DNA from: Acaryochloris thomasi RCC1774
Lineage (GTDB): Bacteria > Cyanobacteriota > Cyanobacteriia > Thermosynechococcales > Thermosynechococcaceae
Direction of reading: 5' to 3'
Length of the DNA: 32,000 bases
Assembly (NCBI RefSeq): GCF_003231495.1
Contig: NZ_PQWO01000019.1
Coordinates: forward strand, 1-32,000
This document shows positions 16,101 through 23,094 of the stretch, one piece after another (the stretch's first letter is position 1; each line of letters starts with the position of its first letter). The position numbers and the translations under genes are program-made. The notes below the pieces were generated by a model. It was given only the letters and a program-made list of their open reading frames with translations, did not search any database and was not told where the DNA came from.

Positions 16101-16652
16101 TTTAACGACAGAGATGACTTACTCGCCTCCGGCTCAGCAGATACAACGGCCAAAATCTGGCACCGCGATGGTTCCTTAAAGGCAACCTTAAAGGGACATA
16201 CTGATACGGTCCGCGGCTTAGCCTTTAGTCCCACCTCACCTCACCTTATCTCTGCCTCAAATGACAATACACTCAAACTCTGGCAGCTAGACGGAACCCT
16301 AGTCAGAACATTTATCGGTCACGATTCTAGCGTCCGGGACGTTGCTTTCCATCCCGATGGAAAGCTATTAGCTTCTGCATCAATGGACGGTACTGTAAAG
16401 GTTTGGCGCACGGATGGAACGTTGCTGCGTTCTTTAACCCACGATGCTGCAGTGCGATCGCTCACCTTTAGCCCAGACGGTCAAACTATCATTTCCGCAG
16501 GGGAAGACCAAACCGTACATCTCTGGAACTGGTCAAAAATTAAAGCTTTAGATGAACTGAACTATGCGTGTACGTGGGCGCACAACTATCTCGCCCATAA
16601 CTTAAAGGATGAACAGAGCAATCTATGTCCATCCTCTTCAGAAGGGAATTAG
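13146..16652 (+). CDS. AAA-like (AAA_35/STAND-type) NTPase with coiled coil, one hydrophobic helix and 14 WD40 repeats
   Basis: Walker A ARQMGKSS (G44-K45-S46). Walker B VIFIDEID (D139-E140). Hydrophobic helix FSVLLTLAFLGALGLGGATFL (aa 459-479, nt 14520-14582). 14 WD40 units of the form SPDG..ASAS.D.TVKLW (nt about 14818-16530). ATG lies 3 nt after the upstream stop. Confidence 0.9.
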   Translation: MRYQIGGSLTANAPSYIARQADEDLYEALRQNSFCYVLNARQMGKSSLLVNTRHRLQQQGYRCAVIDMTNLGSENISPLQWYKGIIKDLCRSFKLRKVFDFQSWWQEEADISLLQRFSRFIGDVLLPQFPDQNLVIFIDEIDSILSLPFSVDDFFALIRFCYNQRAIDPSYERINFAIFGVATPSDLICDRNRTPFNIGTSIHLSGFTLEQSQTLAQTLPLYKGSNSEILKAVLHWTNGQPFLTQKLCQLVIQSSQDAVSGGLSIPPGTESYWVEQIVQQHIISEWESQDEPEHLRTIRNRVLMDQGAVGRRLGLYQQIRQGKTVPSDDSRDQVELVLSGLVIRSYGQLQVKNEIYAAVFDLTWVENQLAQLRPYARLLATWVESAKTDESRLLRGQALKDAQLWSQGKRLSDLDYQFLADSVECDRNQVQQALEADRVKAIEAQLIQEKRVVKQQRRFSVLLTLAFLGALGLGGATFLQNRQARRHAQTARVSEVKALMSSAEGNFDSHRQLEALTLAISATRKAQLLKDKPLQQQSQTVLRQTLYGLEEANRLPTVTGARAVSTSPDGQFIVSGLSNGLIYLWRQDGTVVKTWTGHSSRINDITFSPDQQYILTASADRTVKMWRLDGTLIRTFSGHREGVTGVQISPDGTLIASSSSKQGIKLWGVDGTLVQDIPKKGAAGFSPDSQWFVTSGKNHPLQIWGRDGKLNKTLPHVGRPIHRLTVSPDGQLIAAACIDKTVRLIHIDGRSYKTFTGHQALVRDVTFSPDGQQVASVAGDKTVKVWQTHGELLKTFEGHRASVWSIDFTPDGRQIASASEDGTVRLWQLQNPLLTQLVGNTDFIPNLAMSADGRSVATVGPGSGILLWKQGPKGKFSPLPYLHIKGPKAHRAPIHGVAFTPDGKQFVTVARDGLAKFWDLNGTLLQTLKVDKPLWRVAFSADGERVAIATSDKTVKLWQRNQQGQFPNQPTQVLKGHTAMLRTVTFNDRDDLLASGSADTTAKIWHRDGSLKATLKGHTDTVRGLAFSPTSPHLISASNDNTLKLWQLDGTLVRTFIGHDSSVRDVAFHPDGKLLASASMDGTVKVWRTDGTLLRSLTHDAAVRSLTFSPDGQTIISAGEDQTVHLWNWSKIKALDELNYACTWAHNYLAHNLKDEQSNLCPSSSEGN

Positions 16653-16682
16653 CACAGACTTTTTCTTTGCACTCAGCTCTCT

Positions 16683-17912
16683 TTACTCAGGGTCAACCCA
16701 ACGGTCATCTGACTTAATCAGATCAATAAGGGCTGCGACTCCCTGATCTTCAGGGACTTTGTTTACTTCGTCGCGACCTCGATAGAGCGAGATATAGCCC
16801 GGTTGCTTGCCCACATAGCCATAGTCCGCATCCGCCATTTCACCTGGACCGTTAACAATACAGCCCATCACGGCGATATCCAGCCCCGTGAGATGATTGG
16901 TCGCCTCACGGACTTTATGTAATACCTCTTCCAAATTAAATAGAGTCCGCCCACAGGAAGGACAGGCAACGTATTCCACCATCGTCTTGCGGAGACCCAA
17001 TGCCTGCAGAATGCTGTAGCAAACCGGGATTTCTTTCTCCGGGGCTTCAGTCAACGAGACCCGCAGCGTGTCTCCAATCCCTTCAGCTAATAATGTGCCG
17101 ATGCCTGCAGTGGACTTGATTCGACCATATTCGCCATCACCGGCTTCGGTAACGCCGAGATGTAAAGGGTAGTCCATGCCTTCAGCATCCATGCGCTTTG
17201 CCATCAAGCGATAGGCGGCAAGCATCACCGGGACACGGGAGGCTTTCAGGGAAATCACGAGATTTCTAAAGTCGAGTGATTCACAAATACGAATAAACTC
17301 AAGGGCCGACTCCACCATGCCTTCGGGAGTGTCGCCGTAGGTAAACAGCATCCGCTCAGCTAGGGAGCCATGATTAACGCCAATTCGCATCGCCTTATTT
17401 TGATCTCGCAGAGAAATCACCAGCGGCTCTAGGGTTTCGCGGATCTTGTTACCAACATCGTCAAACTCAGCCTGCGTAAACTCAGTGCGATCGCTTCTCG
17501 GTTTTTCAAAGACGTATAGCCCCGGATTAATCCGCACCTTATCGACATGCTTGGCAACTTCGAGGGCAATCTTCATACCGTTATGGTGAACATCTGCCAC
17601 CAACGGCACAGCTTGATAGGTGTCAATCAGCTTTTGTCTAATTTCTGCTAGCGCCTTAGCGTGTCCCATACTGGGCACCGTGACCCGGACAATCTCGCAG
17701 CCCAGCTCATGGAGGCGACGAATCGCTGCGACAGATCCTTCTATATCTAAGGTGTCTTCATTAATCATTGATTGCACAACGACAGGCTGTCCACCGCCAA
17801 TGGTAATGTTACCCACAGGCACGGCTCGGGTTTTTCGACGCGGGATCGTAGTGTCAACGTGTTCGAGAGGACTGGCAACAGGCTGTGACAGGGTCTGCAT
17901 GAATTGAAGCAT
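16683..17912 (-). CDS. ispG: 4-hydroxy-3-methylbut-2-en-1-yl diphosphate synthase (MEP pathway)
   Basis: Full-length GcpE-type sequence: [47 protein letters not shown]. An alternative ATG lies at 17900. Confidence 0.92.
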   Translation of the reverse strand: MLQFMQTLSQPVASPLEHVDTTIPRRKTRAVPVGNITIGGGQPVVVQSMINEDTLDIEGSVAAIRRLHELGCEIVRVTVPSMGHAKALAEIRQKLIDTYQAVPLVADVHHNGMKIALEVAKHVDKVRINPGLYVFEKPRSDRTEFTQAEFDDVGNKIRETLEPLVISLRDQNKAMRIGVNHGSLAERMLFTYGDTPEGMVESALEFIRICESLDFRNLVISLKASRVPVMLAAYRLMAKRMDAEGMDYPLHLGVTEAGDGEYGRIKSTAGIGTLLAEGIGDTLRVSLTEAPEKEIPVCYSILQALGLRKTMVEYVACPSCGRTLFNLEEVLHKVREATNHLTGLDIAVMGCIVNGPGEMADADYGYVGKQPGYISLYRGRDEVNKVPEDQGVAALIDLIKSDDRWVDPE

Positions 17913-18082
17913 TTAGACAGCAACCCGATCATACTGCAATCCCTTTACCTGAGGGTTAACAGATTAGAAGAGAGTGTCAGCAACTACCTGAAGCTCTCTC
18001 CAGCAGCATCACAATGAGAGGCCTTCTTGCTCAGCATGAACTGCGAAGAAGGGAGATGGGTAGCCTATAAGCAGTAGAGTCT

Positions 18083-18907
18083 GTGGAGCACACAATGGCA
18101 ATTGTTGGCGGAATTTTGCTTGTAGTCAGTGTTGTGTTGTTCTTTGTCCAACGCAATGCCAAGCAAAAGTTAGCCAGTATTCGACAGGCGCGTCACGGCA
18201 CAATTGCCGATCTGCAGCGCACAGCTCAAGAGATTGCGGCTGAAATCGGATCTGGGAGCTGGCGCGACTATGTCAAAGTTCGTGGCGATATCCAGTGCGC
18301 TCGCCCTCTGACCTCTGAACTAAAGCAGGTTCCCTGCGTCTACTACAAAATGACGGTGGAGCGCGAGTACGAAGAAACCGTTACCAAGCGCGATGACGAA
18401 GGACGAACGAGACAAGAAACGGAACGAAGCTCTGAAATCGTCTCTCAGAATCAGCGATCCACGCCTTTTATGCTGAGCGACAGTACAGGCGAGATTCTGG
18501 TCAATCCAAGCGATGCGTCAATTGAAACGGTTTCAATTCTCGATGAGTTTCGGGCAGAGTCATCAATGAATAGCTCCCTCTCCTTTGGGGGCTTTTCGCT
18601 ATCAATCGGAGGGGATAGAGCCGGTCGTCGCACCTTGGGCTATCGCTATCGAGAATCTATTTTGCCATTGGACCAAAAAGTTCTGGTCCTAGGACAGGTA
18701 ACGGACGCTCAAGGACCATCCGGCAGTTATGAGAACACCTGCCTAGCCATTGAAAAACCCACCGAGAAGAAGCAGAGATTTATAGTTTCTCTGAAATCAG
18801 AGGAGCAACTGCAGCAGGGCGTTTCAAGTACGGCGAAGTACGCTTTTTACGGCATGCTTTCGACTTTCGTCGCCGGTACTATTTTGCTGGGCGCTGGACT
18901 TGCATAA
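18083..18907 (+). CDS. GIDE-domain membrane protein (bacterial homologue of the MUL1/GIDE family fold)
   Basis: N-terminal TM (IVGGILLVVSVVLFF). Followed by ...PLTSELKQVPCVYYKMTVEREYEE... and PFMLSDSTGEILVNPSDASIE, a pattern typical of GIDE (PF12483-like). C-terminal TM. Start is GTG 18083 or ATG 18095. Confidence 0.6.
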   Translation: MEHTMAIVGGILLVVSVVLFFVQRNAKQKLASIRQARHGTIADLQRTAQEIAAEIGSGSWRDYVKVRGDIQCARPLTSELKQVPCVYYKMTVEREYEETVTKRDDEGRTRQETERSSEIVSQNQRSTPFMLSDSTGEILVNPSDASIETVSILDEFRAESSMNSSLSFGGFSLSIGGDRAGRRTLGYRYRESILPLDQKVLVLGQVTDAQGPSGSYENTCLAIEKPTEKKQRFIVSLKSEEQLQQGVSSTAKYAFYGMLSTFVAGTILLGAGLA

Positions 18908-19214
18908 ATAGGACAAACAGCGTCTCGATTTAACAGCGATTCTTTCAAGAAGAAGACGCAGTCTAGACTGAGACAGGGAAATTAGAGTGCACTAGATGAG
19001 ATCGCATCTCTAAAACTCCACCAGAACTCACAAAGCCTTCTTAGCACAAGCCGAGTGAGAAACAGCCAGCCTACCGTTCTCATCAAGCCTAAATTATTCT
19101 ACCGCGAGATTTTATTGAGGCCAGCGACAAGAACAAACAGATTAAAACCATCTCCCAGATAGATTTCCAGCTACTTTGATATTTTCAGAGCATTTTACTA
19201 TTCAGGCCAAAAAA

Positions 19215-19228
19215 GTAGCGCACACTAC
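19215..19228 (+). promoter_or_regulatory. candidate NtcA binding site upstream of amt1
   Basis: Perfect GTA-N8-TAC (GTAGCGCACACTAC), 154 nt upstream of the amt1 ATG. The downstream -10 is imperfect: TAGACA/GACACT at 20-22 nt spacing. Confidence 0.5.
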
Positions 19229-19381
19229 AGTAACGGTCAAGAAAAAGTTAGACACTACACTCCAGAATTGACCTTGCAAGCATGTGTAAGCTAAGTTCTC
19301 GTCTACCCAAGCCGTTAGGAATTGGGAGCATTCTTAATGTGTGCAGATTGGTAGAGACTCACTAGAGAAAGCAGGATTGAT

Positions 19382-20806
19382 ATGCAGACTTCACGATCAA
19401 ATATTTCAATTCCTGAGCCAATCAGGGATGTATTTAGCTCTTTTTCACCTCGCTGGTTAGCCTGTATTCCCTTATCGGCTCTTATTGTAGTCGCTTGGCA
19501 TACAGCTGCTGTCGCTCAAGGTTTCGAGGCTCCAGCGGATATAGACGAACTAAGAGTCGTTTTAGATTCAATTTTTCTTTTATTTTGTTCCGTCCTGGTC
19601 ATTTTCATGAACGCCGGCTTCGGAATGCTAGAAGCCGGTTTCTGTCGCCAGAAAAATGCGGTCAACATTTTGGCGAAAAACCTGATTGTGTTTGGGCTTG
19701 CAACACTGGCCTACTGGGCAATTGGCTACGGCCTCATGTATGGCGAAGGAACGCAATTTATCGGTACCAGTGGCTTCTTCTTCAGTGGTGATCCCGCAGC
19801 ATACGGCAACGATGCCTACCCTGCCGCCGTCCCCGAAGCCATTTCCTTTCTCTTTCAGGTTGCCTTCGCCGCCACCGCCGCCACCATTGTGTCCGGTGCA
19901 GTCGCAGAGCGGATTAAATTTGGCGCCTTCATGATCTTCAGCGTTCTGCTCGTCGCAATTTCTTACCCGATTACCGGACACTGGGTCTGGGATGGTGGCT
20001 GGTTAGCTGAAATGGGTTTCTCTGACTTTGCGGGTTCAACGGTCGTACACTCCGTTGGTGGCTGGGCCGCTTTAGTGGGTGCAGTGATTTTAGGCCCCAG
20101 GCTCGGCAAATTCCAAGATGGTCGACCCAGCGCGATTCCTGGCCACAATATGGGTTTCGCGACCCTGGGTTGCCTCATTCTTTGGATCGGCTGGTTTGGC
20201 TTCAACCCTGGTTCTGAGTTAGCAGCCACCGCGAACGTTCCTTATATTGCCGTTACCACCAACTTGGCAGCAGCAGCAGGAGCCGTCACAGCCACCTTCA
20301 CCGCCTGGTTAAAAGATGGCAAGCCTGACCTATCAATGATTATCAATGGCGTTTTGGCAGGCCTAGTGGGCATTACCGCTGGCTGTGCAGACGTAAACTA
20401 CTTATCTGCCGTTATCATTGGTGCGATTGCAGGCGTCATTGTCGTCTTCTCGGTTTCCATCTTTGACAGCCTTAAGGTTGACGACCCCGTAGGTGCAATT
20501 TCAGTTCACCTCGTTTGCGGTATTTGGGGCACTTTAGCCGTCGGCATCTTTGGTACCGGCAGCATCGTCACTCAAATCATTGGCATTCTAGCCATTGGAG
20601 CCTTCACCGTCGTCTTCAGCGCCATTGTCTGGACCGTGCTCAAAGTCACAATAGGCATTCGAGTCACGGCTGAAGAAGAATCAATCGGCCTCGACATCAG
20701 CGAACATGGCATGGAAGCCTACAGCGGATTTGTCAAAGAAGCCGGTGTATTTGGTAGCTCTGGTGCAGCCCCATCCAGCTCAGGCATGGGAGCAACTTTC
20801 AAATAA
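19382..20806 (+). CDS. amt1: ammonium transporter (Amt family)
   Basis: Signal peptide plus 11-TM Amt sequence: [60 protein letters not shown]. Confidence 0.92.
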   Translation: MQTSRSNISIPEPIRDVFSSFSPRWLACIPLSALIVVAWHTAAVAQGFEAPADIDELRVVLDSIFLLFCSVLVIFMNAGFGMLEAGFCRQKNAVNILAKNLIVFGLATLAYWAIGYGLMYGEGTQFIGTSGFFFSGDPAAYGNDAYPAAVPEAISFLFQVAFAATAATIVSGAVAERIKFGAFMIFSVLLVAISYPITGHWVWDGGWLAEMGFSDFAGSTVVHSVGGWAALVGAVILGPRLGKFQDGRPSAIPGHNMGFATLGCLILWIGWFGFNPGSELAATANVPYIAVTTNLAAAAGAVTATFTAWLKDGKPDLSMIINGVLAGLVGITAGCADVNYLSAVIIGAIAGVIVVFSVSIFDSLKVDDPVGAISVHLVCGIWGTLAVGIFGTGSIVTQIIGILAIGAFTVVFSAIVWTVLKVTIGIRVTAEEESIGLDISEHGMEAYSGFVKEAGVFGSSGAAPSSSGMGATFK

Positions 20807-20856
20807 GCCGGAACACAGCTTTCTTCTATACCCAATAGAAACTTAAAGCATATTCT

Positions 20857-20894
20857 CCGAAGTAGCTAACTCATCAGGCTACTTCGGATTTTTT
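20857..20894 (+). terminator. rho-independent terminator of amt1
   Basis: CCGAAGTAGC (20857-20866), 11-nt loop, GCTACTTCGG (20878-20887), then ATTTTTTG. Confidence 0.75.
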
Positions 20895-21036
20895 GTGAGT
20901 ATTCATGCAGACAGAAAATTCGCAAAAACACACCGAAATTTGAAGGTCAGTAGACTATAATTAAGTTTTATTTCAGTCCACGGATTTACATGAACAGAGA
21001 TTCCGTGACGCTTGCCCACCCCCATCGGAGTCCTGA

Positions 21037-22746
21037 ATGCTACGCCTAGAGCACATCAGCAAAATTTATCCCACTGGCGAAATTCTCAAAGATATCAACT
21101 GGGAGCTGAAACCTGGCGATCGCATCGGCCTCGTGGGCGTCAACGGAGCCGGGAAATCGACCCAGCTCAAGATCATTGCCGGTGAGCTAGAGCCAACCGC
21201 TGGCGAAGTCATTCGACCCAATAGCCTGCACATTGCCTATCTCAACCAAGAATTCAATGTTCAGCCCAGCAATACAGTCCGTGAAGAGTTTTGGACCGTT
21301 TTTAGTGAAGCAAGCCAGGTACAGCACAAGCTGACCGAAGTTCAGCAGCAAATGGAATCGGCTGAACTGGATGACTTAGATGCTTTAATCAACAAGCTAG
21401 ACAAACTACAGCGCCAGTTTGAAGCCCTTGACGGCTACGGACTCGAAACTCGAATTGAAAAGATCCTGCCGGAGATGGGTTTTTCTGACGAAGACGGCGA
21501 TCGTCTGGTGAGTGCCTTCAGTGGCGGCTGGCAGATGCGGATCTGTCTCGGAAAGATTCTTCTGCAAAGCCCAGACATTTTGCTACTGGACGAACCCACC
21601 AACCATCTTGATCTTGAGACCATCGAGTGGCTAGAAACCTATCTGAAAGGATTAACCACCCCAATGGTGATTGTCTCCCACGACAGAGAATTCATGGATC
21701 GCCTGTGTACCAAGATTGTCGAAACCGAGCGCGGCGTCTCAACTACTTATTTAGGCAACTATTCCGCTTACTTAGCGCAAAAGGCCGAGGCCCAGGCGGC
21801 CCAGTTAAGTGCTTATGAACATCAACAGAAAGACATCCAAAAGCAAGAGGTCTTTGTAGAACGATTCCGGGCCAGTGCAACCCGCAGCACCCAGGCAAAA
21901 AGTCGAGAGCGTCAGCTCGATAAGATAGAACGCATTGACGCCCCCATTGCCAATGTCCGCACGCTGAAATTTCAGTTTCCACCCTCTCCTCGCAGCGGTC
22001 GAGAGGTGATCATCATCGAAGATTTAGTAAAAAGCTACGGCGAAGATATTCTATTTCTAGGCGCGAACTTACTGATCGAAAGAGGCGATCGCATCGCTAT
22101 TTTGGGTCCCAACGGTTCCGGGAAATCAACGCTGCTGCACATGCTGACTGGATCTGAGACACCAGATGAAGGCGGCATCCGGTTCGGCGAACACAACGTC
22201 ATTCCAGGATATTTTGAGCAGAACCAGGCAGAAGCGCTAGACCTCAACAGAACCGTGATGGAAACGATCCATGACGCAGTCCCTGACTGGAAGAACGAAG
22301 CTGTTAGAACGCTACTGGGTCAATTTCTATTTCGTGGCGAGACCGTCTTCAAAAAAGTCATGGCGCTTAGCGGTGGCGAGAAGGCCCGTTTAGCCCTCGC
22401 AAAGATGCTGTTGCGGCCCGTGAATCTGCTCATTCTAGATGAGCCCACCAATCATCTCGATATCCCTGCCAAAGAGATGCTGGAGTCTGCCCTGCAAGAC
22501 TATGACGGTAGCGTAGTAATCGTATCCCACGACCGCTACTTTATCTCTCAGGTCGCCACTAAGATTGTCGAAATTCGGGACGGTGAACTTCATCTCTTTC
22601 ACGGCGACTATCACTACTATCTAGAAAAGCTAGAGCAGGAGCAAGAGCAGGCTCGATTGACCAAGATAGCGGCAGAAAAAGCAGAAAAAGCTGCCGCTAA
22701 GCGGGAGAAGAAAAACAACAAGAAAAAGTCAAAAGCTAAGCTGTAA
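21037..22746 (+). CDS. ABC-F family ATPase (two ABC cassettes, no TM domain, Lys-rich C-terminal tail)
   Basis: Two Walker A motifs (GVNGAGKST, GPNGSGKST), two signature motifs (FSGGWQMR, LSGGEKAR) and two Walker B motifs (LLLDEPTNHLD, LILDEPTNHLD). An inter-domain linker is present. Tail: EKAAAKREKKNNKKKSKAKL. Confidence 0.9.
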   Translation: MLRLEHISKIYPTGEILKDINWELKPGDRIGLVGVNGAGKSTQLKIIAGELEPTAGEVIRPNSLHIAYLNQEFNVQPSNTVREEFWTVFSEASQVQHKLTEVQQQMESAELDDLDALINKLDKLQRQFEALDGYGLETRIEKILPEMGFSDEDGDRLVSAFSGGWQMRICLGKILLQSPDILLLDEPTNHLDLETIEWLETYLKGLTTPMVIVSHDREFMDRLCTKIVETERGVSTTYLGNYSAYLAQKAEAQAAQLSAYEHQQKDIQKQEVFVERFRASATRSTQAKSRERQLDKIERIDAPIANVRTLKFQFPPSPRSGREVIIIEDLVKSYGEDILFLGANLLIERGDRIAILGPNGSGKSTLLHMLTGSETPDEGGIRFGEHNVIPGYFEQNQAEALDLNRTVMETIHDAVPDWKNEAVRTLLGQFLFRGETVFKKVMALSGGEKARLALAKMLLRPVNLLILDEPTNHLDIPAKEMLESALQDYDGSVVIVSHDRYFISQVATKIVEIRDGELHLFHGDYHYYLEKLEQEQEQARLTKIAAEKAEKAAAKREKKNNKKKSKAKL

Positions 22747-22823
22747 AAATAGGCAGAGAGAACTGACTATTTTTTACAGGTCGGGTGAATCCCACTTTTT
22801 TGAAAATCCTGTATGGCCCCTTA

Positions 22824-22920
22824 TCCTAAATCCCTTGCCCAATTCTGGGCGAGGGACTTTTATGTCCTTTATCTTGCCCCCCTTCTCCCCAAGTTGGGAG
22901 ACGAAGCAGGGGGATGAAGG
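22824..22920. repeat. double-hairpin small dispersed repeat (MITE/REP-like), copy 2
   Basis: ...CCCAATTCTGGGCGAGGGACTTT...TATCTTGCCCCCCTTCTCCCCAAGTTGGGAGA... aligns with 8446-8541. Track ORF 22835-23041 is a translation of this element. Confidence 0.6.
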
Positions 22921-23010
22921 TTATTTACAAAAGTGGGATAAACTCTGCAGGTCTGCTTGCAGCAGAAGAATATTGCAATTAGAATCGCGGCTGTATGGGG
23001 CAATCAAGAT

Positions 23011-23046
23011 AAAAAATGATGCTCAAGTTAGTAAGGCTTGAGCATC
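23011..23046 (-). terminator. rho-independent terminator of the porin gene
   Basis: On the minus strand: GATGCTCAAG (23046-23037), 9-nt loop, CTTGAGCATC (23027-23018), then ATTTTTTAT. Lies about 50 nt downstream of the porin stop. Confidence 0.7.
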
Positions 23047-23094
23047 ACTCTATTATTGTTCAAATCTATGAGTGAGGAGATTGAACAATAAAAT

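Noticed and set aside
14818-16530. Periodic DNA similarity that could be mistaken for a tandem repeat or CRISPR-like array.
   Set aside because: The period (about 120-150 bp) and the conserved blocks correspond to WD40 repeat codons within one continuous ORF. There are no short identical direct repeats separated by unique spacers anywhere in the window.
18993-19006. 14-nt exact match TAGATGAGATCGCA shared with 25017-25030, both in intergenic regions near NtcA boxes. I considered a shared regulatory motif or sRNA.
   Set aside because: Roughly 1e9 position pairs (both orientations) in 32 kb, against 4^14 possibilities, gives a few exact 14-mer matches by chance. The match includes the over-represented HIP1-like GATCGC core. 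The two copies also sit differently relative to their promoters: upstream of the amt1 box, but inside the putative porin leader.
20940-20961. TATAAT hexamer (20956-20961) upstream of the ABC-F gene, with TTGAAG at 20940-20945 as a possible -35.
   Set aside because: The spacing between the two hexamers is only 10 nt, which is incompatible with a sigma70-type promoter. The -10 alone is not enough to call a promoter.
22741-22779. AT-rich inverted repeat CTGTAAAAA...TTTTTACAG spanning the ABC-F stop codon, considered as a terminator.
   Set aside because: The stem is almost pure A/T with a bulge, so it is weak. The nearby double-hairpin repeat is a more plausible transcript-end structure. I cannot support it as a feature.
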